DNA of 64,000 bases from a virus (Duplodnaviria; Caudoviricetes): positions 13,534 to 77,533 of the IMG/VR virus record IMGVR_UViG_3300045450_000252. One strand, 5' to 3'. A program made the position numbers and the translations under genes. Position 1 is the stretch's first letter. Every line of letters starts with the position of its first letter. The notes under the pieces were generated by a model, which saw only the letters and a program-made list of their open reading frames with translations, did not search any database and had not been told where the DNA came from. Below, one piece after another: positions 9,035 to 18,609 of the stretch.

Positions 9035-9580
9035 ATGCTTAATCAAACGACTTACTCCGAGCTGCTGCGCGACCTGGCTACGCGCCACGTGGACATTCGG
9101 CACAGCACCGCGCCCAAGGGCTGCCGCTACCAAAAGGTACTTGTGGCCGCCGACCCCATCCAGAAGCAGCTCAACCTGGCCAGCTTCTACGACAAGGCCA
9201 AAGCCAGCTGGCCCGGTACCGCCTCCTTCCTGCTGCAACTGAGCTACGATACGCTCTACGAGGATACCGGCAGCGACCAGGTACTGGCCCATCGCCGGGG
9301 CGGCTTTATTGTGCTGCACAAGGCCAAGGACACCGAGGAGAGCCGCGATGAAGTGCTGACCCGCACCGAGCGCATCGGCCACGAGCTCATGGCGGCCGTG
9401 TGCGATTTCTTCCGGGGGCCGGCCGGCCGGCGCGCCGGGCGCGTGCTCCAGCGCTCCAGCATCGCGGCCGATGCCGTCGGCCCCATCGGTGACAATTTCT
9501 ACGGCACCCGCTTCGAGTTCGACTTCACCGAGTCGGCCACGCTACTGCTGCAATTCAACCCCGCCAAATTCCTTCCTTAA
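9035..9580 (+). CDS. Tail-region protein (tail terminator-like)
   Basis: Homolog of 52476-53009 (VGPxGDxxYGTRFxF). Confidence 0.6.
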   Translation: MLNQTTYSELLRDLATRHVDIRHSTAPKGCRYQKVLVAADPIQKQLNLASFYDKAKASWPGTASFLLQLSYDTLYEDTGSDQVLAHRRGGFIVLHKAKDTEESRDEVLTRTERIGHELMAAVCDFFRGPAGRRAGRVLQRSSIAADAVGPIGDNFYGTRFEFDFTESATLLLQFNPAKFLP

Positions 9581-9582
9581 TT

Positions 9583-11628
9583 ATGGCCGGCGAATACTAC
9601 GCACGCATAACCATCCAGGTCGCGCTCAGTTACGACGACAAGCTGCGTGCCACCCAGACCATTTCGGCCGGCTTCCTGCTGGCGGGGCAGTGGCAAACGT
9701 TTTACCGGGGCGGCAATGCCGGGCAGTTTACCGTGCCCGACCCCAACGACGTGGGCGACGAGTACGTGATGCAGGCCGTCAAGAGCCTGCTGGGCGTGCT
9801 CGGGCAGCGCATCTACAGCCTGGGCCTGCCCTACGTGGTGAGCGAGCCCCGCAAGGCGGGCACCGTCAACGAAACCGTGAACGCGGGGAGCTCTACCCTC
9901 GTGCTGCCCATCCCCGTGGTCGAGTTCGACATCACGGCCACCGACTACGGCCGGCAGTACAACCTCGACTTCCGGCCGCACACCACCAGCGGCTTTGCCA
10001 TCAGCCAGAATCAGGGCAGCGTTTCGCCCATTACGGCCACGGACGCCGTCACGCACGCCACCGTGTTCGGTCGGGCTGATGGGGCCATCACCGTCACGGC
10101 CAGCGGCGAGGCCCTGCCGGGCAGCCCCTTTTTTACCTACGCCTGGGACGATGGCTTTATCGGGGCCACCCGCACGCAGCTGCGCGCCGGGCTCTACGCC
10201 TGCACCGTCCGGTATAGCACCGGGGCCAGCACGCGCCTGGTGGTCGAGGTCAAGCAAGACCCCGCGCTCGTGGTGACGGTCACCAACACGCCCAACTCCA
10301 TCACCCTGCTCGTGAGCGGGGGCGTGGCCCCCTACGCCTACGCCTGGGCCGACGGCGACGTGACACCCGCCCGCACCAACCTGCCGGAGGGCACCTACCG
10401 GTGCGTGGTGACCGATGCCCACGGGGCGCAGGTGACGGTCGAGGTGGTGCTTTCCTTCAACAGCCGCTACTGGTTCGCGGGCAATCCCATCACGCTCAGC
10501 CTCGATGCCGGGCCGGCCTACCGCCTCGACCCCACCACCAAGCCCGGCCTGGGCTTCGTGTGCCAGGTCTGGGTCGAGCGGGAGTACCTGAGCGGCACCT
10601 TCGAGCCGGTGGGCCAAGAACTGGAGCAGCCCGCCGACGCCGCCGGCCGCACCACCTTCGAAGTGCAGGAGTTGCTCGAGCCCTTCGTGGCCCCCGTGGT
10701 GCCGGCCGTGGGCCAGGTCGCCGTGCAGCGCCAGGATGGCGCGTTCTGCCGCTTCTTCCTGCGCTACTTTGAGCGCACCGCGCTCGGCGACGGGGCCGTA
10801 ACTACCGTCAATACCAACTACCTGCTCACCGGCGGGCTCGACTACTGGGAGGCCGCGGTGGGCACGTGGTTCAACGGCTACCAACAGACGCACCTGCCCT
10901 TTCTGACGTGGGAGCCGGTGGTGAAAAAGGTGCTGCCCGACCAACCTGAGCACCTGTTTTTCATGCTCGTCACGCCCAACGTGGCCGCCTTCCGCTACCG
11001 CGCCCGCCTCACCTGGGCCGATGGCACCACTACCGAGGAGCTGCTGGCCGCCCGCGCTGGCCTGCTGCGCTACGAGGTGTTCTGCCTGCCCGCCGGCCCG
11101 CTCCAGCTCGACCTGCCATCGCGTGAGGCGCTGGCCGGCCAGCTCGTGGTGAGCTACGTGCTCGACGTGCTCGACGACGCGGGCCAGGCCCTGAGCGAGG
11201 CGCGCACCTTCGTGCTCGACCGCCGGCCCTGCCCCGTGCGCCGCTACTTTTTGTACACCAACTCGCTGGGCGGCTGGAATACGCTCGTGTGCCGGGGCCG
11301 GGCCTCGCGGGAGCTGGCCACCAGGACGAGCAGCAGCGAGAACGCCCGCGCCGCCGGCTACGACCCGCTGCGCGGCGAGCTGACCACCAGCCGGCGCACC
11401 GGTGCGCCGGTGCTCAAGTGCTACACCGGGCCACGCTCGGCCGGGCAGCTCGTGGCCGACAGCGACTTTATGCTCAGCGAGCGGGTGCTGCTGCTGGCCG
11501 GCGAGCGCTACCAGCCAGGCCAGGTGAAGGACCGCACCTACACGGTCTACGACGAGGACGAAACCCGGCGCGTGGTGCAGTTCGATTTCGAGCTGCCCCG
11601 CGAACGCTACCATACCCCCGCTTTATGA
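9583..11628 (+). CDS. Tail protein with two SprB-like repeats
   Basis: GxxPYxYxWxDG...L.xGxYxxxVTD repeats; homolog of 53012-55042. Confidence 0.7.
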   Translation: MAGEYYARITIQVALSYDDKLRATQTISAGFLLAGQWQTFYRGGNAGQFTVPDPNDVGDEYVMQAVKSLLGVLGQRIYSLGLPYVVSEPRKAGTVNETVNAGSSTLVLPIPVVEFDITATDYGRQYNLDFRPHTTSGFAISQNQGSVSPITATDAVTHATVFGRADGAITVTASGEALPGSPFFTYAWDDGFIGATRTQLRAGLYACTVRYSTGASTRLVVEVKQDPALVVTVTNTPNSITLLVSGGVAPYAYAWADGDVTPARTNLPEGTYRCVVTDAHGAQVTVEVVLSFNSRYWFAGNPITLSLDAGPAYRLDPTTKPGLGFVCQVWVEREYLSGTFEPVGQELEQPADAAGRTTFEVQELLEPFVAPVVPAVGQVAVQRQDGAFCRFFLRYFERTALGDGAVTTVNTNYLLTGGLDYWEAAVGTWFNGYQQTHLPFLTWEPVVKKVLPDQPEHLFFMLVTPNVAAFRYRARLTWADGTTTEELLAARAGLLRYEVFCLPAGPLQLDLPSREALAGQLVVSYVLDVLDDAGQALSEARTFVLDRRPCPVRRYFLYTNSLGGWNTLVCRGRASRELATRTSSSENARAAGYDPLRGELTTSRRTGAPVLKCYTGPRSAGQLVADSDFMLSERVLLLAGERYQPGQVKDRTYTVYDEDETRRVVQFDFELPRERYHTPAL

Positions 11629-13118
11629 CCGGCTTCTTTATCCCCGCCGCCGGCGAGTGGCTCGACTTTGCCGGCACCATCGGGCTCGAAATCCGCAGCC
11701 CCCTGTTCGACTTTGGCTCCATCCCGGGCGTACTCAGCTACCCGGTTTCCTTCGCTGACTCGCCCGCCAACCGCCGGCTGCTGGCCTTTCCGGCCGTGCG
11801 CGCCCGGCGCGCCGGCCCGGTGCCGGCGGTGGAGGCCGACCTGTACATCGGCGGCAGCCTCTGGCGGCGCGGCGTGCTTCAGTATAAGGACTTTGATTCG
11901 GACAAAGGCGAGTACAGCTACCAATTTCAGGCCGACGCCGACGCCCTTGCCGGGCGCATCCAGGACGTGCTTTTGTCGGAGCTCGACCTGGGCACGCTGC
12001 CCGTGCAGTTGGTGCCCGAAACGGCCGATTACGTGCTGGCCCCGGTGCGCAACACGGCCTTTTATGATAAGGACAAGAACGCCGACTGGAACGGCGTAGT
12101 CAACTACTACGCCCTGGGCGCGGCCACCCCGGCCACCAATGCCGGCGCGGCCCACCGCTACGCCATTGTACCCCTGCTGAAGGTGGTGCCGCTGCTGCGG
12201 CGCTGCTTCGCCGCGTTCGGCTACGAGGTGAGCGGGGCCTGGCTCGACGATGCCGAAATTCAGCAGCTGGTGGTGTACGGCCGCACCGCGCTCGACGAGG
12301 CTACCGGCAGCGCCGTGGCCAGCCACTTTGACCTAGCCGCCTGCCTGCCCGACGTGCGCCTGGCCGAGCTGCTGCTCACGCTCCAGCAGCTCTTCGCCCT
12401 GGGCTTCGTGTTCAACCCGGTGCACCGGCGCGTGGACATCGTAGCCCTGCGCGACGTGGTAGCCCGCCCCGGCTACGTGACCCGTACGCCGGGCCGCAGC
12501 TACCGCGACGTGGCCAGCGAGGTGGACGGCTTCACGCTCAGCTTCACGGCCGATACCGACGACGAGCTGCTCAAGTCGTCGGCCTGGCCCGCGTTCCCCA
12601 TCGGCGGGGGCAAGGAGAAAATCCAGCCGGCGGCCGATACGCTACGCATGGTGCGCGAGGCCGACCCGCCGGCCGTGCGGCAGTGGCTCGTGCCGGCGGC
12701 CGAGCAGGCCGGGCAGTCGGCCCGCACCGACTTCGAGCAAACCGACGTGCGCGCCAGCCAGCTACGGTTCCTGTTTTACCGGGGCCTCCAGCCCGACTCG
12801 ACGTCGCACGAGTACCCGCTGGCCAGCGCCGGTACCGTCAACGCCCGCGGCGTGACGGTGGGACAGTACGCCCTGGAGTGGGGCGGCCCGGCCGGCCTCT
12901 ATGCCCAGTGGCATAAGCCCTGGCTCGACTTTCGGGCCAACGCCCGCCTCGAGGAGCGCCCGGTGAACCTGACGCTGGGCGAGTTTCTCAGCCTCGACCC
13001 CACGCGCAAAGACTTGGTGCAGGGGCTCAAGTTTTTCTGGGAGAGCATCAGCCTCACCGTGGGCGGCACCCAGACGCTGGAGCCGGCCACCATTACCTAC
13101 CACCAGGTAGCCCGCTAG
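11625..13118 (+). CDS. Tail/baseplate hub-like protein
   Basis: ATG at 11625 overlaps the previous stop; homolog of 55039-56520. Confidence 0.65.
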   Translation: MTGFFIPAAGEWLDFAGTIGLEIRSPLFDFGSIPGVLSYPVSFADSPANRRLLAFPAVRARRAGPVPAVEADLYIGGSLWRRGVLQYKDFDSDKGEYSYQFQADADALAGRIQDVLLSELDLGTLPVQLVPETADYVLAPVRNTAFYDKDKNADWNGVVNYYALGAATPATNAGAAHRYAIVPLLKVVPLLRRCFAAFGYEVSGAWLDDAEIQQLVVYGRTALDEATGSAVASHFDLAACLPDVRLAELLLTLQQLFALGFVFNPVHRRVDIVALRDVVARPGYVTRTPGRSYRDVASEVDGFTLSFTADTDDELLKSSAWPAFPIGGGKEKIQPAADTLRMVREADPPAVRQWLVPAAEQAGQSARTDFEQTDVRASQLRFLFYRGLQPDSTSHEYPLASAGTVNARGVTVGQYALEWGGPAGLYAQWHKPWLDFRANARLEERPVNLTLGEFLSLDPTRKDLVQGLKFFWESISLTVGGTQTLEPATITYHQVAR

Positions 13119-13121
13119 CCC

Positions 13122-13553
13122 ATGCCCACGCAGTTCGAAACCGTCGAGAAGTGGCTGGAATACACCCTCGACGACTTGCGCGCCGCCCTGCGCAAATTAA
13201 AAATTCAGGATACGGGCCACCTGCTGGCCAGCGTGCAGGGCCACCTGGTGGCCGCCGCCGGCGGCGACGTGCAGAAACTCAGCATCGCCTACGCCGCCTA
13301 CGGCAAGTTCGTGGACATGGGCGTGGGCCGGGGCATGGGGGCGGGCGTGCGCAAGCGCGACAGCGACTACGCCCGCATGCGCGACGAGCGCGGCCGCCTG
13401 CACCAGCATAGCCGCACGCCCCGGCAATTCTCCAGCAAGGTTATCGGCAAGCAGTCGATGCGCCTGAGCCTCATTCTCTCCGACTACTACGGCCGCACCA
13501 CCATCGCCAGCCTCCAGAACGCCCTGCCCGGGCAAGTCACCATCAACCTGTAA
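13122..13553 (+). CDS. Conserved tail-region protein
   Basis: YGKFVDMGVGRGMG motif shared with 56517-56957. Confidence 0.7.
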   Translation: MPTQFETVEKWLEYTLDDLRAALRKLKIQDTGHLLASVQGHLVAAAGGDVQKLSIAYAAYGKFVDMGVGRGMGAGVRKRDSDYARMRDERGRLHQHSRTPRQFSSKVIGKQSMRLSLILSDYYGRTTIASLQNALPGQVTINL

Positions 13554-13566
13554 TTCATAAGCTATC

Positions 13567-16500
13567 ATGGCCAACGACACCGAACAACGGACCATCGAGA
13601 TTATCCTGAAGGCGCAGGATGCCAACGCCAGCCTGAAGGAAATGGCGGCCGGCGCGGCCGTGATGACCGCCCAGCTCAACCGCATGGGGGCCGACGACCC
13701 CGGCCGGGGCAAGCTGCTCACCGACCTGCAACTGCTCAACGGGCGGCTCCAGGCCCAGCGCGCCGAAATGCGCGGCACGGCCCAGTCGGCTGAGCAGCTG
13801 GCCGCCGCCCAGGGCGAGCTGGCCCGCAAAAACATGCAGGTCGTGGTGGACGGCCAGAAGGTCAACGCCACGTTCAACGAGATGAAGGCCAGCGCCAGCC
13901 AGCTGGAAAAGGAGCTGAACGACCTCAACCGCGACGACCCCGGCCGGGCCAAGATGCTGGCCGACTACAAGGCCCTGGGCGAGCGCATCGAGGAGGTGAA
14001 AAACGAGATGGGCCAGACCACCGAGAAAGGCAGCCTGCTGAAGGACGCGCTGGCCTTCGCCGGTGTCGCCGTGGGGGCCGAGGCCGTGCTGGAGGGTATC
14101 AAGGAATTGGGGGCCGAGGTCATCAACACGACCAAGGAGGTGGCCGAGCTGCGGGGCCAGATTAACACGCTCACCGGGGCTACCGGCGCGGAGCTCGATG
14201 GGCTCACCACGTCGGTGCTGGCGGTGTCGCGCACCTTCGGCAAGGATTTCAACGAGGTGCTGGCCAGCAGTAACACCCTCTCCAAGCAGATGGGCGTGAG
14301 CCAGCAGGAGGCGCTGCGCCTGATTCAGCAGGGGTTTCTGGCCGGGGCCGACGCCGGCGGCGACTTCCTCGACCAGGTGAAGGAGTACGCCCCGCAGTTC
14401 AAGGATGCGGGTTTTGCGGCCCAGGATTTCATCGGCCACATCAGCCAGGCCAGCACCCAGGGCATTTTTTCCGACAAGGGGGCCGACGTGGTGAAGGAGT
14501 TCGGCCTGCGCATCCGCGAGCAGACCAAGGCCACGAGCGAGGCCATGCAGGCCGCGTTCGGTAGCGACTTCACCAAGGAAATCTTCGACGGCATCAAGAA
14601 CGGCTCCATGACCGTGGAGCAGGCCTTGCAGAAAGTGGGCAAGGAGCTGGATGAGACTAAGATTCCGGCCAACCAACTCCAGACCGTGATTGCTGACGTG
14701 TTCGGCGGCCCGGGGGAGGATGCCGGTATCGCCTACCTGAAGTCGCTCAAAAACGTGGGCAAGGGCGTGGATGAGCTGGTCGATAAAACCAACGCCTACA
14801 CCCAGCGCCAGGCCGCGCTGCTCGACTCGCAGACCGAGCTGGCCGAGGCCCAGAACGAGCTCACGAAGCAATTCGAGGGCGGCGGCACCATCCTCGACAC
14901 ACTTACCAACAAGAGCATGACGGTGCTCTACACCCTGCTGGCCAGCCTGGGCACCACGTTCAAGGAGCTGTTCCAGCCGGTGCAGGAAATCTGGCAATCG
15001 CTCACCGGCCTGGCCGAGGCAATGGGCTGGGTGAGCACCAAAACGCTCACGGCCAAGTCGGCCGGGGAGCTGCTGGGCAACGTGGTGCACTTCATGCTCA
15101 CCAACACCCGCGTGCTCGTGGGCGTGCTGGCCGAGGTGGTGAAGGCCACGGTGGAGTGGGCCAAAACCAGTGACAACGCCCGGGGCTACTTGCAGCTCGT
15201 GGCCGCGCCTGTGCGGGTGCTGTTCGACCTGCTCAGCAACGGGCCGGCCTATTTTCAGGGCTTCTCGGCCGCCGCAGAGGCGAGCTTCGGGGCGCTGGGC
15301 CGGGCCTGGAAAAAGGTGAAGGAGGGCGACTTCAGCGGGGCCAAGCAGGAATTCACCAACCTGGGCCAGACGGCGGGCGAGGCCTACCGCCTGGCCTTTG
15401 CCGCCGCCAGCGCCCGGAAAGCGGCGGCAGCGGCCGCCACGGCCAGCGCCGGCGACGAGCCGGGCGAGAAGCGCGCCCAGGGCGGCGACGGCATCACCGA
15501 TGCCGACCGCCAGAAAGCGGCCGAAAAAGCCAAAAAAGACCGCGAAAAGGCGGAGAAGGAAGCAAAAGCCGCCCGCGACAAAGCCGACCAGGCCCACCTC
15601 GACGACCTCAAAATGTGGGTAAAAGAGGAGGGGGGCCTCCTCGACCAGCGCAACGTGTTGCGGGCGCAGCGCGAGCGCCAGGCTCAGACCGACGAAGAAA
15701 TGCGCCGCGAGCTCGAGCGCCAGAAGCTGTTCGACGAGGCCGATAAAAAGACCGAGGCCCTCACCGGCAAGGAGGCCGACTACACCGAGCGGGTGGCCGC
15801 CATCATGGAGGAGCGCGACCTGCGCCTGCGCGAGCTGCAAGCCAGGTTCAACGAGCAGGACGAGCAGGAGCGCCAGAAAAAGCTGGAGGAGAAGCTGGCC
15901 GGCATCGAGGCCGACGAGGCCGAGGATGCGGCCCTGCTGGAAAACAAGCGGGCCTGGGGCCTGCTCTCCGAGCAGGAATACCAGGACCAACTCTACGCCC
16001 TCAAACGGGACGCGCTGGAGAAGCAGTTGCAGCTGCTCGTCACTGCCGGCAAGGGCGAAACCGACGCAGCCAAGAAAATCAGTACCCAACTCGTGCAAAA
16101 CGAGACCGACCGCATCAAGAAGGAAAAGGCGCTGAAAGATGACCTCAAGGCCTTCGACCTGAAGATGCAGGCCGGGGGAGCTACGCTGCTGAAGGAAAGT
16201 CTCCAGCTCGTAGAGGATAATCTGGACAAGAAGAGTGCGGCCTATCAGCTATTCAAAGCCGCCCGCAAAACAGCGGAATTAGCTGAGATTGGCATCAACC
16301 TGGCGGCCGAAATGCAGGCCAACGCCAAGGCCTCCTCCGAAAACCCGCTCAACGGTATCACAGGCGGCGCGGCCGGGGCCACGCAGCTGGCCATCGCCAA
16401 CGGCCTGGCCATCGCCCGCTCGGTGGCCGCCGGCATCAAGATTGCCGCCTTCGCCAAGGGCGGCCGCACCGACCAGCTGCTGAATAATATGCTGCCGCTT

Positions 16501-16923
16501 TCCTCCCTGGCGGGCCTGCTCACCGGAGCCAGCGGGGGTAGCTTCGCCGGCGGCGGCCCGGTGGAGCAGAGTACCATCGGTCTCATCGGCGAGGCCGGCC
16601 CCGAGCTCGTGATTCCCAACTGGCTCTACAGCGACCCCAAGCAGGCCAACCTGATGGGCTTCCTCGAGGCGCAGATTGCCAGCCGGGGCAATGCCTTCGC
16701 CACCGGTGGCTCCACCACGGGCACCAGCGCGGTGGCCAGCCCCGCCGCCGAAGATGATGGTGCCGTAGTCTCGTTGCTCCAGCAGTTAGTGCAGGGGCAA
16801 CGGGAGTTTCGGGAGGAACTCAATCAGTGGCCCGACCGACTGGAGGTCGGCCTTGACCTACCGGGCCTGAGCAAGAAGCTCGATACCGTGAAGCAAGTGA
16901 AGACGGGCGGCGGCCTTCGCTAA
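13567..16923 (+). CDS. Tail tape measure protein, 1118 aa
   Basis: Long Ala/Glu/Lys-rich helical protein with a TP901-like core (TLTGATGAELDGL...). Confidence 0.88.
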   Translation: MANDTEQRTIEIILKAQDANASLKEMAAGAAVMTAQLNRMGADDPGRGKLLTDLQLLNGRLQAQRAEMRGTAQSAEQLAAAQGELARKNMQVVVDGQKVNATFNEMKASASQLEKELNDLNRDDPGRAKMLADYKALGERIEEVKNEMGQTTEKGSLLKDALAFAGVAVGAEAVLEGIKELGAEVINTTKEVAELRGQINTLTGATGAELDGLTTSVLAVSRTFGKDFNEVLASSNTLSKQMGVSQQEALRLIQQGFLAGADAGGDFLDQVKEYAPQFKDAGFAAQDFIGHISQASTQGIFSDKGADVVKEFGLRIREQTKATSEAMQAAFGSDFTKEIFDGIKNGSMTVEQALQKVGKELDETKIPANQLQTVIADVFGGPGEDAGIAYLKSLKNVGKGVDELVDKTNAYTQRQAALLDSQTELAEAQNELTKQFEGGGTILDTLTNKSMTVLYTLLASLGTTFKELFQPVQEIWQSLTGLAEAMGWVSTKTLTAKSAGELLGNVVHFMLTNTRVLVGVLAEVVKATVEWAKTSDNARGYLQLVAAPVRVLFDLLSNGPAYFQGFSAAAEASFGALGRAWKKVKEGDFSGAKQEFTNLGQTAGEAYRLAFAAASARKAAAAAATASAGDEPGEKRAQGGDGITDADRQKAAEKAKKDREKAEKEAKAARDKADQAHLDDLKMWVKEEGGLLDQRNVLRAQRERQAQTDEEMRRELERQKLFDEADKKTEALTGKEADYTERVAAIMEERDLRLRELQARFNEQDEQERQKKLEEKLAGIEADEAEDAALLENKRAWGLLSEQEYQDQLYALKRDALEKQLQLLVTAGKGETDAAKKISTQLVQNETDRIKKEKALKDDLKAFDLKMQAGGATLLKESLQLVEDNLDKKSAAYQLFKAARKTAELAEIGINLAAEMQANAKASSENPLNGITGGAAGATQLAIANGLAIARSVAAGIKIAAFAKGGRTDQLLNNMLPLSSLAGLLTGASGGSFAGGGPVEQSTIGLIGEAGPELVIPNWLYSDPKQANLMGFLEAQIASRGNAFATGGSTTGTSAVASPAAEDDGAVVSLLQQLVQGQREFREELNQWPDRLEVGLDLPGLSKKLDTVKQVKTGGGLR

Positions 16924-16956
16924 GAAAAAAGCCCGGCCAATCGGCCGGGCTTTTTT
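16924..16956 (+). terminator. Bidirectional-type terminator after TMP
   Basis: AAAAAAGCCCGGCC/GGCCGGGCTTTTTT. Confidence 0.85.
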
Positions 16957-16967
16957 GTGCCGTCGCT

Positions 16968-17091
16968 TAGTCCACAGAAGGGAGGTTTAGTAGTCCACAA
17001 AAGGGTGTTGAAAAACGGCCCCGAAAAACTGCGTTTTCGATGGTGTAAAGGCGGTTTGCAAAACCATCCACAAAAGACCCGTTTTGTGGAT
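16968..17091. repeat. Clustered TCCACA(A/G)AAG repeats, possible res-type sites
   Basis: Copies at 16971, 16994 and 17067; inverted copy at 17082-17090. Confidence 0.5.
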
Positions 17092-17124
17092 GATACTTGG
17101 GGGCACCTATTAGTTAGCGTCGGC

Positions 17125-17132
17125 TACATTTG
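17125..17132 (+). promoter_or_regulatory. Bacteroidota housekeeping -7 element
   Basis: TACATTTG matches TAnnTTTG, upstream of ATG 17169. Confidence 0.55.
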
Positions 17133-17168
17133 AGTGCTTAACACTACTTGCTACCCATCTGCCATCTT

Positions 17169-17915
17169 ATGAAATATTACGTAGGAACTGCTCTTTGCTT
17201 CATCAGTTGGGCTAGCCATGCCCAAACGCAGCTCCCGGCTTTTCCTCCAACAGCTTCCCCTAACCAAGCTATCCCGCTGGGCCAAAACCCGGGTAGCCCT
17301 GTAGCGTACCCCGACCTGCTTGTGACGCGTACGCGTCTGGGCGTAAAAGTCGGGGGAGCAATGACTACCAAGATAGGCGATTTGCTCACGGCTCCGGCCA
17401 CCAAGCTGTTAGCTGGGGGCGTAGCGGGCGTCTACCAACTTGTGCCGCTGAGCCAGCGCAGGGGCCGTCAGCGGGTACAATTCTATTTTCAGCCCGAACT
17501 ACTGTTTAGTATGCAGGGCTTTCGGCTTGAGAATGTCCCCACCCAATACGAAGCGCGGATTCGTTCCTATTACGCCTGTCTCCCTCTGCTGGTGACGGCC
17601 AGCTGGAAGGGCTTGTTGGTGCAGGCGGGCGTGCAAGGAGGGTACATGCTAAGCGTTTCCGAGCGCTACGACTTCAGCCTCCCCACCCCAGGGGTTGGCT
17701 ATAGCTACGATACCTCTGTTTATCAGCGGAAGGAAATCGCTTACGTGGTAGGTGCCGGCTATCGCTTGCCGCAGGGGCTGGGACTGGAGGTGCGGTACAT
17801 AGCTGGCCTTACAGACTTGTATGACAAGAATGGAAGAAGCCTTTACGCGCTCTATACCAACCAGCACAACGCGGGCGTGCAAGTACAGTTGAGCTATCCG
17901 TTATTAAAAAAGTAA
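17169..17915 (+). CDS. PorT-like outer-membrane beta-barrel protein
   Basis: Signal peptide, LGVKVG, FQPELLFSMQG, GLEVRY and a terminal VQLSY strand. Confidence 0.8.
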   Translation: MKYYVGTALCFISWASHAQTQLPAFPPTASPNQAIPLGQNPGSPVAYPDLLVTRTRLGVKVGGAMTTKIGDLLTAPATKLLAGGVAGVYQLVPLSQRRGRQRVQFYFQPELLFSMQGFRLENVPTQYEARIRSYYACLPLLVTASWKGLLVQAGVQGGYMLSVSERYDFSLPTPGVGYSYDTSVYQRKEIAYVVGAGYRLPQGLGLEVRYIAGLTDLYDKNGRSLYALYTNQHNAGVQVQLSYPLLKK

Positions 17916-17919
17916 GACC

Positions 17920-18498
17920 ATGCGCGTTGCTATCTACGCCCGCGTCTCGACCAAAGATAAAGGCCAGTCCACCGATAACCAACTGCCCGACCTGCGCCGC
18001 CATGCCCAAGCTCACGGCTGGAACATATACAAGGAGTACTCCGAAGAGGAGTCGGGCGGCACGGCCAACCGCACTGAGTTCAAGAAGCTCTTCAGCGATG
18101 CCCACCAGCGCAAGTTCGACCTCGTGCTGTTCTGGAGCCTCGACCGCTTCAGCCGCGAGGGGGCCAGCGCGACGCTTCAGCACCTCAATACCCTGGAGAG
18201 CTACGGCGTGGGCTTCAAGTCCTACACTGAGCAGTACCTCGATAGTACCGGCATTTTTAAGGAGGCCGTCATTTCCATCTTGGCGACAGTGGCCAAGCAG
18301 GAGCGCGTGCGCCTAAGCGAGCGCACTCGCGCCGGCATCGAGCGAGCTAGGGGCAAGGGCACGAAGCTGGGCAAGCCCGGCCTGGAGCAGGAGCAGGTCG
18401 AGCAGATACGCCGGCTGAAGGGTGGGGGCCTGTCGAACTACGCCATCAGCAAGGCGCTGAAGCTATCTGCCACAACGGTGGCCAAGTATGTGGGATAA
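17920..18498 (+). CDS. Serine recombinase (resolvase family)
   Basis: YARVST catalytic Ser, SLDRFSR, C-terminal HTH. Confidence 0.92.
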   Translation: MRVAIYARVSTKDKGQSTDNQLPDLRRHAQAHGWNIYKEYSEEESGGTANRTEFKKLFSDAHQRKFDLVLFWSLDRFSREGASATLQHLNTLESYGVGFKSYTEQYLDSTGIFKEAVISILATVAKQERVRLSERTRAGIERARGKGTKLGKPGLEQEQVEQIRRLKGGGLSNYAISKALKLSATTVAKYVG

Positions 18499-18609
18499 CT
18501 ACTTACGCAGTGTTTGAGCCGCCGCAAGATTGCCGAGGCCACCGGCGTGTCGGTGGGTACGGTGCAGAACTACCTTGCGGCCAGCCCTCTCCGTCTAGGA
18601 GAGGGGTAG
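18499..18609 (+). pseudogene. Orphan resolvase-type HTH fragment, in frame after the resolvase stop
   Basis: Translates LLTQCLSRRKIAEATGVSVGTVQNYL. Confidence 0.55.

Noticed and set aside
1641-16098. Long antisense ORFs (1641-3383, 9577-11613, 13555-16098 and similar ones opposite B's genes)
   Set aside because: Shadow frames of high-GC coding genes; they mirror real genes end to end and lack motifs
16968-17091. Short repeat clusters as a CRISPR array
   Set aside because: Repeats are only about 10 bp, irregularly spaced and partly inverted; no cas genes
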